From Polyangiaceae bacterium (GTDB lineage: Bacteria > Myxococcota_A > Polyangia > Polyangiales > Polyangiaceae): a stretch of 64,000 nucleotides of DNA. The DNA lies in the NCBI GenBank assembly GCA_044376115.1, contig JBILLK010000003.1:256001-320000 (forward strand). The letters run 5' to 3'. The position numbers and the translations under genes are program-made. Each line of letters begins with the position of its first letter. The stretch's first letter is position 1. The notes under the pieces were generated by a model, which did no database searches, was not told where the DNA came from, and worked only from the letters and a program-made list of their open reading frames with translations. Positions 45,288 through 57,392 of the stretch are shown one piece after another.

Positions 45288-46584
45288 CCGAACCGCCGTT
45301 CGCCAAACCGAACTGCGCGTCGAGCGCCTTGTGCCTGGAGGTCAAGGCTTGGTGCGCGTGGACGGTGAGGTTCGCTTCGTCGACGCCGTGCTACCGAACG
45401 AGCTGGTCGCTATCACTTGGGAGGGCCGAGCAAAACCGCGCGCGTTGAGCCTCAAGGTGCTGGAGAACTCACCGCTTCGTGTTCGCGAGCCTTGCGCCTA
45501 CGCAAGCAGCTGCGGTGGTTGCGACTGGCTGTACATCGAACCGGCGGCTCAAGCGGAGTTCCACCGCGGCTTCGTGGAAGACCTGCTTTCGCGCGCGCTG
45601 AAGACGCAGCTCGCGGTCGAGGTGCGCCGGCCCACCGAGCCGCTCGCGTACCGTTCGCGTGCGCGTCTGCACTTCACGACGCACGGCCGTCGCGTCGCGC
45701 TCGGTTACTTCGGTGAGCGCAGCCATCGCGTGGTCGCGGTGGAGTCCTGCGCGGTGCTTGAAGACGGCCTCTTCGCCGCGGCCCGAGAAGTCGCAACAGC
45801 GTTCGCCGAAGCGGCCTCGAATCAGGCCGATCTCGAAGGAGAAATCAGCGTCGCTTGGGGTGTGCGCGCCTCGCAGGAGAAGGCCGCCGTGTTCGACATC
45901 ACGCTGACTCGCGATCCTTCCGGCGCAGCGATGGGCCGGCTCGATCAGCTGGTGACGGCCAAATACGCAGGCGCGCGGGTATCCCTGAGCGGAGCCGCAA
46001 CGCCGATGGTGATCGGTGATCCAAGGCCGGTTCAGCGCGCAGCGGACGGCCTACCTCTTTGGATTGCCGCTGGTGGATTTGCGCAGGCCAGCGATGCGGG
46101 CGCGATCGCTTTGAGCAACACCGTGGTTGAACTGGCAGCGCCTGCCGGCAAGACGGTGTTTGAGTTGCACGCCGGCAGCGGCACGTTGAGCGTGGGCTTG
46201 GCGAAGGACGCCGCGAGCTTCAGTTCGGTCGAGAGCGCCAGCGCCGCCGTACAGTGCGCGAAGGAGAATTTCACGCTGCGCGGTCTGTCGGGCAAGTTGC
46301 GCGTCTCCGACGCCGACGCGCTCGCCATCCCCTCCAGCCTCGACTTGGTGGTGCTCGATCCACCGCGGCAAGGCGCGCGCAAAGTGTGCGAAAACCTCGC
46401 GCGGGCGCGCCCGAAGAAAATCGTCTACGTATCGTGCGACCCGGCCACCCTCGCTCGCGATCTCGAGGTGCTCGGCGCTGCCAACTACGTCGCGGAGCGA
46501 GTGGTGACGGTCGAGCTGTTCCCGCAAACGAGTCACGTCGAGACGGTGGTGTCGCTTACGCGGCCTTCGCGGGGCAAAGCGTGA
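45256..46584 (+). CDS. RlmD/TrmA-family RNA (uracil-5)-methyltransferase
   Basis: C-x5-CGGC Fe-S motif, YRSR, FAQ, ELHAGSG, LDPPRQG, YVSCDPATLARD, FPQTSHVE. Confidence 0.92.
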   Translation: MSSHRRTDTRSRTAVRQTELRVERLVPGGQGLVRVDGEVRFVDAVLPNELVAITWEGRAKPRALSLKVLENSPLRVREPCAYASSCGGCDWLYIEPAAQAEFHRGFVEDLLSRALKTQLAVEVRRPTEPLAYRSRARLHFTTHGRRVALGYFGERSHRVVAVESCAVLEDGLFAAAREVATAFAEAASNQADLEGEISVAWGVRASQEKAAVFDITLTRDPSGAAMGRLDQLVTAKYAGARVSLSGAATPMVIGDPRPVQRAADGLPLWIAAGGFAQASDAGAIALSNTVVELAAPAGKTVFELHAGSGTLSVGLAKDAASFSSVESASAAVQCAKENFTLRGLSGKLRVSDADALAIPSSLDLVVLDPPRQGARKVCENLARARPKKIVYVSCDPATLARDLEVLGAANYVAERVVTVELFPQTSHVETVVSLTRPSRGKA

Positions 46585-46769
46585 GAACCAAAGTGGACGC
46601 ACGCTTGGCGCACGAGATTGCGCACTTCCGCTTGCGCTTCTGTTGCGAAGACTGCGCACAGTTCGTACCGGAGCTGGGCACCTGCTCGGCGGGCTACCCC
46701 AACGCTGAGCACCGTCACCGCGAGCACCCTGCGGAGATCGTCTTCTGCAAGGAGTTCGAGCTTACATGA
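46581..46769 (+). CDS. 62-aa Cys-rich hypothetical protein
   Basis: GTG start overlaps the upstream stop (GTGA) and its stop overlaps the tilS start (ATGA); FCCEDC..C..GYP..FCKEFEL. Confidence 0.72.
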   Translation: MRTKVDARLAHEIAHFRLRFCCEDCAQFVPELGTCSAGYPNAEHRHREHPAEIVFCKEFELT

Positions 46770-47647
46770 GAGGCTCTCACCGGCCGTCCCTGACGACCTT
46801 GGTGCAGCGCTTCTGGTCTAGCGAGCTCGTCACGGCGCCCAAGCACGTGCTCGTGGCGTGCTCCGGCGGTCCTGATTCGATGGCGCTACTGCACTGCCTG
46901 GCCCGCCTTGCCGGCAAGCTGCCGCTGCAGGTTTCGGCCGCCGGCGTGGACCACGGCTTGCGCGAACGAGCTGCGGCGGAGCTGGCTCTTGCCGCCGAAC
47001 TTGCGCGCGCGCTGAAGATCGAGTTTCGCACCTTGCACGCGAAGGTCGCACCTGGCGGCAATCTGCAGGCTCGTGCGCGCGCGGTACGGTACGCGCTGCT
47101 CGAGGAGGAACAGCGTCGTATTGGCGCCGACTCGATCGCCACTGGTCACACCGCCGACGACCGAGCCGAGACGGTGCTGATTCGCTTGTTGCGAGGAACA
47201 GGGTTGGGTGGGCTCGCGGTGTTACCGCCAGAGGCCGAGGGGCGCATCCGTCCGCTGCTTCGCGCCACTCGCGAGGACGTTGAACTGCACCTGCAACGCC
47301 ACTCGGTGCCCTTCGCCCGCGACCCTTCGAACCTGGACACTCGTTTCGTAAGGGTGCGGGTTCGCCACGAGCTGATGCCGCTCTTGCGCGAGCTATCCCC
47401 AGCCATCGTCAAAACCTTGAACCATGTCGCCGACGAAGTGGCAGCGGTCCCACCTTCTGCAACCGCGAGCCTGGCGCTTCCGCGGGCGCATCGAAGTGTG
47501 GTCGAAGCCGCGCTGAAGAGTCAGAAACCCGCGCGATTCCGCACAAGTGACTGTAAAGAAGTGTTGGTCACCCTGGCAGACGGTGCGCCGGTGCTTACTG
47601 AACTGGCTGCACCCGTCAGTCGACCTCGTCGTCCGGCAGGTGAATGA
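46766..47647 (+). CDS. tilS: tRNA lysidine(34) synthetase (short form)
   Basis: [38 protein letters not shown]. Confidence 0.93.
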   Translation: MRGSHRPSLTTLVQRFWSSELVTAPKHVLVACSGGPDSMALLHCLARLAGKLPLQVSAAGVDHGLRERAAAELALAAELARALKIEFRTLHAKVAPGGNLQARARAVRYALLEEEQRRIGADSIATGHTADDRAETVLIRLLRGTGLGGLAVLPPEAEGRIRPLLRATREDVELHLQRHSVPFARDPSNLDTRFVRVRVRHELMPLLRELSPAIVKTLNHVADEVAAVPPSATASLALPRAHRSVVEAALKSQKPARFRTSDCKEVLVTLADGAPVLTELAAPVSRPRRPAGE

Positions 47648-47759
47648 CGGTCGGTACGTCGACACGCGGGCGCCTGGCCTCTATGATGCTAGGACTTGTT
47701 GGTCTTCCCAACGTTTACGTTTTCCGGTCAGGCTAATTGACTGTGAAGCTGAGGTCTTC

Positions 47760-49711
<1,952 letters not shown>

Positions 49712-49712
<1 letters not shown>

Positions 49713-51166
49713 TGCGCTGGTCTTGGTTTCTGGGGATCACTTCGATGGTGATCCCCAGTTTCGCTAGCGCTCAGTCTCCCGCTGACGCTGATTCCGTACC
49801 TCCCAACTCGAGGCCTTCCCTTGAGTTGGGTGGCTTCGTTTTTAGCCCGATCGTTGAGGCGCGTGTGCGCGGGGAGTACCGGCGCAATCCGCTCAACGAC
49901 GGTATCCCGGGCGAGCACGCGGTGCTCACAGACGGAACGCCGCTCGCATCGCGAATCCCTTACGAAGACCAAGCGGTGCTTTGGGAGCGAGTGCGGCTGG
50001 GCCTCTCGGTGGATAAGGGCCCGGTGACGGTGCTCGTGTCGATGCAAGACGTTCGCGGCTTTGGGCTTCCGGAGAATCAGCCGCTTGCGGGCCAACCAAC
50101 CTTGCCGGTGACCGAGCCGTACGAGGCCTACGTCGATCTGCATACCGAGGAACGTGAGTTCTATTTTCGGGTGGGCCGCCAGGCGATCGAGCTTGGGGAT
50201 GGCCAGCTGATCGGCCGCTCTTTTGACCGGGCGCAAGGTCGCACGCTCGACGCTGTTCGCGGTGGCGTTCGTTACCGCGATTTGGACCTGACCGCGTTCG
50301 CTGCGTTTCTTCGCTTCCCCGGCGAGGTGGAAAGCCCGTCGCTCGGCAGCGGTGAAGAGACGCCCAAACTCAAGCCCGGCGCGCAGCTCTACGCGCTCGA
50401 TGCGACCTACAAGGTTGCACCCTACTTTGCGGCGGAGCTCACGGCGCTGGCGCGCATCGTTCGCGAGCCTCTGGTAGATGAGCTCACACCGGGAGACACC
50501 TTCACGGGCGCGGCGCGCGTGTTTGGCGACTACCGCGGTATCGCCTACTCGGTGGTGGGCGCCGTTCAGGGCGGGCGCGTTGCACGTCCCGGCACGGAAC
50601 AAGCCGCAGCGCACTTCGCCGGAGGGGCCTTGGGCCGCGTGACCTGGGAAACGGCGCTGCCGTGGCGGCTCTCCTTTGGAGCGGAGGGTGCGTACGCCAC
50701 CGGCAGTCCGCAGAGCTCAGAAGACGGCGGTCAGACCGCGAGCGTCGGGATTTTTGATCCCATCCTTCCGGACACGACGAGTCGGGTGGAACAATCGGCG
50801 TTCTACGCTTGGTCCAACGTGATCGAGGCCGGCGCTGACGTCGGTGTGCGGCCCGTGCCCGAGTTCCGCTCGCGCCTCGGCTACAAGTTCGTCGGCCTCG
50901 CTGATCCGAACGGCCCGTGGAGAACCGGCGCCCTCTATCCGATCGGTCAATCCGAGAGCAACGAGTCCAACGTTCTCGGTCACGTGCTCTTCGCGGAGCT
51001 CTACGGCCAACCGATCGACGAGCTCTCCATCGGCGGTCACTACGGGTTGATGCTGCTTGGTGAAGGGGCGCGCAATATCTTCAGCAGCACGCGCCCCGGG
51101 CTCGCAGAGGACGCAGCCCCAGACTTCGCCGAGGTCTTTACGGTAGACGTGGCGTTCAAGCTCTAA
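49712..51166 (+). CDS. Outer-membrane beta-barrel, alginate-export-like
   Basis: Signal peptide; RVRGEYR, YEAYV, RVGRQ..LGDG.LIG, LDAVR; TGATG overlap with ftsH. Confidence 0.68.
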
Positions 51167-52455
51167 GAGAGCGTGGCCGCCACTTCTTGCGCACGCTTGG
51201 CGAGCCCGAGCACCACGGAGTGAAAGCTCGAGAGCCTTCGCGCTTTCGCGTTGGGCAGCTCCGCCGCGAGCGCCTTCATCAAAAGCGGCATGCGTGAAGT
51301 ACCGCCGGTCAGGCACAGGATCTCCACCTCTTCGGCGGCGATCCCAGCCTTCTCGAGCGTCTGGCGCATCGAGCCGACGATGGCCTCCACTTCATTGGCC
51401 GTGGTGCTCTCGAGCAGCGCGCGATCGATCGATTCTTCGAAGGCGATGCTCGGATCGGTGACCGTGATGGTGCAACGCTCGGCGTCGGAGAGCCCGCGTT
51501 TCCCCGCTTCGATCGCCTCGTAGAGCGGGAAGCCCAGCCCGTCTTCGACCAGCGCAACGAAGCGCTCGAGCATCGGCCGGTCATCCTTTCGAATCAGCCC
51601 TTCTTTGATCATCGTCAGCTCGCCGAGGACCTTCTTGCGGTCGACCAAGGTCAGATCGGCAGGCGAGGCGAGCAGCTCGATCAGCTTGCGCGGCATGGTC
51701 AAGTCGTTGTGCCCGAACGGCACGGTGTATTGGGCGCGCGAGCCGAAGTGGGGCGCCCCGACGCGACGCATGAGCGCGCCGTCCATCGCATCGCCCGCGA
51801 CCGAGAGGCCGTGCGTCGCGAGGACGTCCTTGGCATCGAAGCCGTTGCGCTCCATGCGCACGATCGTGAAGTCGGAGGTGCCGCCGCCGAGATCGGCGAT
51901 CATAACGACGCGCTTCTCGCTCAGGTCCGCCGCGAAATCGTAGGCCGCAGCGATCGGCTCCGGGCAAAAGGTGACCGAGGTGAAGCCCGCTAGCCCAGCC
52001 GCTTTGCGCAGCCGCTCTTCGGCCAGGGCATCGTCTTCATCATTGCTCGAAAAGCGCGCAGGCCTGCCCATCACCACCGCCGTGACGTCTGCGCCGAAAT
52101 GTTTGCAGGCTCGCGTGCGCATCACGCGCAGAAAGGCGCCCACCAGATCCTCGAGCGAAAGCTGCCGGCTGCCGATCTGCGTCTTGCTAAAGGAGCGCGA
52201 AGGAAGATGACGTTTGATCGAGCGGATCAAGCGCCCGCGAAAGCCGTTCTCGACCAGCGCGCGCGTGGCGCTCGCGCCGAAGCTCGCCTCTTCCAGCGAC
52301 ATGAAATAAAGCGCGCTCTTGAGCACGGTGGGATCGCTGGCTTCGGGGTCGATCGGCGCCGGAGCGAAGACGCGCGATGCCGAAGCCGCTGCGAGCAGTG
52401 AGTTGCTGGTACCGAAGTCGATGGCGAACACCGACGGGACATCTCGATCATTCAT
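51163..52455 (-). CDS. Hsp70-family protein (YegD-like)
   Basis: IDFGTSNS, GRP.RF, EPIAAA, DLGGGTSDF, LTGGTS; no substrate-binding domain. Confidence 0.88.
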   Translation of the reverse strand: MNDRDVPSVFAIDFGTSNSLLAAASASRVFAPAPIDPEASDPTVLKSALYFMSLEEASFGASATRALVENGFRGRLIRSIKRHLPSRSFSKTQIGSRQLSLEDLVGAFLRVMRTRACKHFGADVTAVVMGRPARFSSNDEDDALAEERLRKAAGLAGFTSVTFCPEPIAAAYDFAADLSEKRVVMIADLGGGTSDFTIVRMERNGFDAKDVLATHGLSVAGDAMDGALMRRVGAPHFGSRAQYTVPFGHNDLTMPRKLIELLASPADLTLVDRKKVLGELTMIKEGLIRKDDRPMLERFVALVEDGLGFPLYEAIEAGKRGLSDAERCTITVTDPSIAFEESIDRALLESTTANEVEAIVGSMRQTLEKAGIAAEEVEILCLTGGTSRMPLLMKALAAELPNAKARRLSSFHSVVLGLAKRAQEVAATLS

Positions 52456-53213
52456 TCGAAGCGGCCTCCACGACCTTTTCCAGCAACAAATTCGGCCGCA
52501 CTCGTACCCGCCGCCAACGCGGCCTGGCCATGGCGGAGTTCATTCCTCAGCGCCTCATCGAACGAGAGGTCGAACTGCTCGTAGCTGCTCATCCGGTCGC
52601 TTCTCAAGCAGGTTTGTGGGAACTTCGCAAGCTCACGGGCCAGCGCCTCGGCTTCGGTGCGCGCCGTCCCATCGCCGACTACGCGATTCACGAGCCCCAT
52701 TTCACGCGCTTCAGCTGCGTCGACGAGTCGCCCGGTGAGGATCAGATCGAGCGCTCGGCTCAGGCCGATCAAGCGTGGCAAGCGCACAGTCCCGCCGTCG
52801 ATTAGCGGCACGCCAAAGCGACGGCACAACACGCCAAACTTCGCCGATTGCTCGGCCACGCGCAGATCGCAGAAGAGCGCGAGCTCGAGCCCGCCGGCCA
52901 CCGCATGACCGGAGATCGCAGCGATCACGGGCTTGCTGAGCAACATTCGCGAAGGTCCCATCGGGCCGTCACCGTCTAGCTCGACGCGGTTGGGCGTGCC
53001 ACGCGCGATGGCTCCGAGATCGGCACCGGCGCAAAAGCTACCTGCCGCGCCCCAGAACACAGCGACGCTGGCGGTGGGATCTGCGTCGAAGGCACGGAAG
53101 GCGTCCGCGAGCTCGCTCGCCGTTTCGCGATCGACCGCGTTGCGAACGCTCGGCCTATTCAGAATGACGGTGGTTACGGGGCCTTCGCGTTCGACCGTGA
53201 CAGCCTGACTCAT
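52452..53213 (-). CDS. Crotonase/enoyl-CoA hydratase family protein
   Basis: LNRP..RNA, FCAGADL, KPVIAAISGHAVAGGLEL, CRRFGVPLIDGG. Confidence 0.93.
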   Translation of the reverse strand: MSQAVTVEREGPVTTVILNRPSVRNAVDRETASELADAFRAFDADPTASVAVFWGAAGSFCAGADLGAIARGTPNRVELDGDGPMGPSRMLLSKPVIAAISGHAVAGGLELALFCDLRVAEQSAKFGVLCRRFGVPLIDGGTVRLPRLIGLSRALDLILTGRLVDAAEAREMGLVNRVVGDGTARTEAEALARELAKFPQTCLRSDRMSSYEQFDLSFDEALRNELRHGQAALAAGTSAAEFVAGKGRGGRFE

Positions 53214-53995
53214 GGATCGAAGACGGGCTTCTTGCGAACGGGGCCTTTCCCCTTCGCGCCGCCTACGGCTTTGCCGGTCCACTTGGGCGTAGGCTTGGGC
53301 TTCTTAGCGGTGGTGTCCACTTGCAGCGCCAAGAGCTCTGCAGCGGCGCCGCTGTCCACCGCGCTGGCCAGCAGCACGACATAGCGCAGCGCACGCCCGG
53401 CCTCGCCTTCTGCGCGCAAGCGCGAACGCTGGAGCACCTCGATGCTGCCGTCGATCTCACGTTCGACCTCCGCGCGCTTGTCGCCCTGGAGCTGCGCTGC
53501 GTCTTCTTTCAAGCTGGCCGCTCTCTGTTCGAGCGCGAGCGCTTCTTTCGCCATGCCGTCGAGGTTGTCCGAAAGTTCGATGCCGTCGCGGATCACGTCC
53601 TCGATCGTCTTGGCAAAGGTGGCTGCGTCTTTGCTCTCTTCAGCGCCGTTCTTGAGGATCAGCTTGGGTTGGGCCGCGACCACCACGAAGAACTTGCCAC
53701 CGTTCTTCTTGAGCTCCTCCGAGCGAGTGCGCGCCCCAGCGATGGTTTCATCACGAAGAGCGCCGTCTTTAAGCCCCACCGACTTGGCGATCTTCTCGCG
53801 CAGCAGCTTGTCTCCGTTGGCCTCGTCGGCGCGAAAGCGGAGGTTGCTTACGTCGGTGAAGAAGTCGTCGAACTTCTGCTCGCCGCTCGCATAGGTGTCA
53901 CCCGTTGCAATGCGCGAACGCCCAGGCTCGGCGGCGACGACGCAACCGCTGGTCGCAAGGGCCGTCAGCAAAACGAAGCGATGGATCAGGTGCAT
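53210..53995 (-). CDS. Hypothetical coiled-coil lipoprotein
   Basis: Lipobox ATSGC; overlaps both neighbours. Confidence 0.68.
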   Translation of the reverse strand: MHLIHRFVLLTALATSGCVVAAEPGRSRIATGDTYASGEQKFDDFFTDVSNLRFRADEANGDKLLREKIAKSVGLKDGALRDETIAGARTRSEELKKNGGKFFVVVAAQPKLILKNGAEESKDAATFAKTIEDVIRDGIELSDNLDGMAKEALALEQRAASLKEDAAQLQGDKRAEVEREIDGSIEVLQRSRLRAEGEAGRALRYVVLLASAVDSGAAAELLALQVDTTAKKPKPTPKWTGKAVGGAKGKGPVRKKPVFDP

Positions 53996-56619
53996 CGTAG
54001 GACGGCTCCCCAGAGTTCAAAATCGCTGTCGACGGCCTGCAAAAACACCACGGTGGTGTAGCTACCAACGACGGTGAGGAGCGCCTGACCAAAGTTACCG
54101 GCCGGAGGCGAAAGAGCGATCGGGTCGCCGATGGGTTCCATGTTGCTGGAGTAAGTCTGAGCGCGAATCGCGCTGGCTTCAAACGGTCCCTCGGTCCACA
54201 TCAAGAGCCAACGACCATCCGCGAGACCGACGATGTCGGGGGCGATGGCGTTTCCACCGGGGCCGCCCTCGGGCAACGCTAGCTCGGTGGCTTTGGTCGG
54301 CAGCGCATCCAGCTTGCTGCGCGCGAGCATCAACTTCCAGGGCGTCTCGTCCTTGTCGTCGGCCTTCTCTACGAACACCACGGCGAGCTCTTGCCCGTTG
54401 CTTGCGACGCGCGGCTTGCCTGCTTGTGCGCCCTCCGGATGCTCGATCATGGCGAGCTCGCCAGCCGCAGCGCCGTCTGCGCCGATGAAGCCTGTGGTTA
54501 CCTGGTTCTTGCGTCGGAAGGCGACCAGCGTGCGATCGCCGATGGCGACGGCCTGCTCGGCTGCGACCGTTCCCTCACCGCTGAGGTCCCAGATCTTTTT
54601 GTCGAAGGTGCCGGGCTCGCTCCCGCTCGAGATGTCGGTCGCGCCAAACGCGAGGAAGTAGGGCATGGCTCCGGGCACCGGTACGACCGAGCGCTCCCCC
54701 TTCTCGGAGACCAAGAAATTCGGCTCTGCGCCGCTGGGAATCATGGGCGAAACACGCCCGATCGTTTGCTCGAGCGACTTCTCGAAGATCGTCTCGGCTT
54801 TGCCGGTCTTCGGATCGACGCGCAGGCCCATGGCCTTCTTGTCGTCTACGGCGAAGCCAAGCTCCATCGTGGTCTCGGTGGTGCGACGATCGAAGGCAAC
54901 CGTCTTGTCGGCCTTGGCCGCCCAACGCGAAGGTTGGCGGGTCACCCAACAGGCCTTGGGTTCCGCAGCGACGGTGGCGGCCGTTGCTACTTCGGGCGGT
55001 GTGATGCGTAGAAATTCGGTCTCGATCGCAGGCCGAGTCGCAGGGCTCTCCGACGAGGATTTGAGGCCTGAAACGCGACCAACGACGAAGAAGATCACCA
55101 GGCCGATCACCCAGGCCGCACTGACCGCGAGGATCGAGCGCACCGGAATCTCGAGACCTTTCGTGCGACGGACCGGCGCCGGTTCGTCGAGGGATTGTGA
55201 ACTTCCTGAAGGCTCGGGCGCGGAGTCGGTTGGCCCCGGATCGACGCTGTCACTACCGCGCGGACGCAGCGACTCGGGCGGGGCCGGGTCTTTCTGCGAA
55301 GCCACGCTGTGGTCCTCGATCGCCATTTCCAGCGTTCGATGCGCCCGCTTCTTTTTCTGCAAGGGGGGCAACTCCTCGGCTCGAACTTCGGCTTGAATCT
55401 TGAGTGGTTGAGTTTGGTCGGGCGGGGCCTCGTCCAACGCTTCTGCCGTTACGCGCGGTAGAACCTCGGTCATGCTCGGCTGGAGCGGCTTCAGTTCGGA
55501 AGGCTGTGCAGCCTCCGGTTGGCCCGCCGGTGCTGTGCCTTCCATCAAGGTCGTCGCGGCGCGTGCGTGCGGCGCGTGCGGCCGTTCAGCAACCTGCGGC
55601 GCGGGTTCGGGCGCGCTCGGTTGCAGCGGACTTCCAGGGTCCGGTACCGTTCCAAGTTGGAGGGTGCTTGTGGTGGGCGCGTCATTGGCGCTGGGCGCCT
55701 GATTGGGGCCGGGCTGCGGCCGATCGGTGAGGCGACCCCGCGGGGGCGGCGGCGGCTTGCCGCGTTCGCGCGGTACCTCCTTCGATTTGGGCTGAGGCCG
55801 GGCGGCGGCGCTGCGATCCCGTGGTAGCTCCATCTCCAAGGTCTGCATCAGCCGCTTTGGACCGGCTGGTGCGGGAGGCGGTTGGCTCGCTTTGGGCGGC
55901 GGTGGCTTGGAGCGGCCGGCCTGGTTCAAGCCTTGCGCGGCGGCTTCGCTCGAACGTGCCGGGGGCCGAAGCGGTGGCTTCAGCACGGGCGCTCCTGGCC
56001 TCACCGAGCCGGACTTATTGCCGAAGCCGAGCAACGTGGTTCGTTGCTCGACGGCGTTGCTTGTCTCGGCAGGAACCTCGGGCAACGCGACGGGAGTGAG
56101 CTGACGAACCTCTTTCAGGTTCTTCGGTAGGCCAGGCGCTTTGGGGATCAGATCCGTCTGGTCCTCCCAGCCGTCCATCTCGGTGAGGGCGGGAAGGTCA
56201 CTCGCTGAAGGCCGCGGATCGGGCTCGGTGGGCGGCCTATTCAACCCGAGGCTTGCGAGCAACTCCGGTGGTTCCAGCCCGGTCAGCGTTTTCTGCGCTC
56301 CACGTTGGCTCTTGCGCGGGAGCGGCGGCGGCACCGATCGCTTTTGGGAGGACGCGCTCGGCGCCTTGGAGGCTGGTCGCGCGGGCGGCACGGATTTACC
56401 GAGGCTCGAGGGTGGACGAGGCGCGGCTCGGGCCGCAGCGATGGTGGCTCCCGAGAGCTCCGGTAGCTTGAAGGCAGGCTGAAACTCAGCCATTCCTTCG
56501 CGCCAAACCAAAGTCGTCGACGCAAGCCGTCCCGACTTGAGCGCATCACGCAACTCAGCCGTGGTTACAGAGCGCTCCACACCCTGATCGTCCGTCAACC
56601 GCCAGTCGGCTTCGCTCAA
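53986..56619 (-). CDS. GYF_2 (DUF4339)-like protein with Pro-rich linker, one TM helix and beta-rich external domain
   Basis: ELRDALKSGRL..TTLVWREGMAEF; TM ILAVSAAWVIGLVIFFVVG; TTG start after GGGAGA. Confidence 0.75.
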   Translation of the reverse strand: MSEADWRLTDDQGVERSVTTAELRDALKSGRLASTTLVWREGMAEFQPAFKLPELSGATIAAARAAPRPPSSLGKSVPPARPASKAPSASSQKRSVPPPLPRKSQRGAQKTLTGLEPPELLASLGLNRPPTEPDPRPSASDLPALTEMDGWEDQTDLIPKAPGLPKNLKEVRQLTPVALPEVPAETSNAVEQRTTLLGFGNKSGSVRPGAPVLKPPLRPPARSSEAAAQGLNQAGRSKPPPPKASQPPPAPAGPKRLMQTLEMELPRDRSAAARPQPKSKEVPRERGKPPPPPRGRLTDRPQPGPNQAPSANDAPTTSTLQLGTVPDPGSPLQPSAPEPAPQVAERPHAPHARAATTLMEGTAPAGQPEAAQPSELKPLQPSMTEVLPRVTAEALDEAPPDQTQPLKIQAEVRAEELPPLQKKKRAHRTLEMAIEDHSVASQKDPAPPESLRPRGSDSVDPGPTDSAPEPSGSSQSLDEPAPVRRTKGLEIPVRSILAVSAAWVIGLVIFFVVGRVSGLKSSSESPATRPAIETEFLRITPPEVATAATVAAEPKACWVTRQPSRWAAKADKTVAFDRRTTETTMELGFAVDDKKAMGLRVDPKTGKAETIFEKSLEQTIGRVSPMIPSGAEPNFLVSEKGERSVVPVPGAMPYFLAFGATDISSGSEPGTFDKKIWDLSGEGTVAAEQAVAIGDRTLVAFRRKNQVTTGFIGADGAAAGELAMIEHPEGAQAGKPRVASNGQELAVVFVEKADDKDETPWKLMLARSKLDALPTKATELALPEGGPGGNAIAPDIVGLADGRWLLMWTEGPFEASAIRAQTYSSNMEPIGDPIALSPPAGNFGQALLTVVGSYTTVVFLQAVDSDFELWGAVLRCT

Positions 56620-56726
56620 GCGGCCATCTCCCGCGCTCTTTCCAAGGCTAGGGGGCGATAGTACACGAAAGCGTCCTCCACAAAGCGTTGTACGCAACTG
56701 TGGCTCTCGGTGGCCGATACCGGGAT

Positions 56727-57392
56727 ATGAACGCGAAGTCGTTGCTCGCGAGGTTGCTGGAGACGGCGCTCTCGATCGTTGCGCCCCGGCGTTGTCCGGG
56801 ATGCGACGACGCAGGAACGGGGAGCTTCCGTCCCCCCGACATCATTGGCTTTTGCAGCGTCTGTTCGGCCCTGGTTCGGCCTGCCGAGCGCGGTCGATAC
56901 TGGGCTGCCGTACAGTTTGAAGGGCCGGTTCGGGACGCTGTGCACCGGGTGAAGTTCTCGCGCAGATCGGATCTGGGGCTACCGCTCGGTCAGCTCCTTG
57001 CGCGCGCGTGGCTCGCGAACCTGCCCGAGCGGCCTGACTTCGTCATGGCGGTGCCGCTTTCGTCGCGAAGACTCGCCGAGCGTGGGTTCAATCAGAGTTC
57101 GGCGCTGGCGCGCGCCGTCGCCCGCTCGCTAACGGTTCCCGCGCGCGCCGGCGTGCTCCGGCGTTGCCGAGATACGGTTGCCCAATCGAGCTTGGGGCGC
57201 GCTGAGCGTGCGGTAAACCTCGCTGGCTCTTTCCAGGTGGTCGTCCCACGACAGGTACGCGCGCGTTCCATTCTCGTGGTCGATGACGTGATCACCACGG
57301 GCGCTACCTTCGACGAGATCGTGAGCGCGCTTCAAACGAACGGGGCACGCAAGGTCGAATGCATCGCGCTCGCGCGGGCTGGCCGCGACTAA
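56727..57392 (+). CDS. comF: ComF family amidophosphoribosyltransferase-like protein
   Basis: CPGC..CSVC, VPLS..R..ERGFNQ, VVDDVITTGAT. Confidence 0.88.
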   Translation: MNAKSLLARLLETALSIVAPRRCPGCDDAGTGSFRPPDIIGFCSVCSALVRPAERGRYWAAVQFEGPVRDAVHRVKFSRRSDLGLPLGQLLARAWLANLPERPDFVMAVPLSSRRLAERGFNQSSALARAVARSLTVPARAGVLRRCRDTVAQSSLGRAERAVNLAGSFQVVVPRQVRARSILVVDDVITTGATFDEIVSALQTNGARKVECIALARAGRD

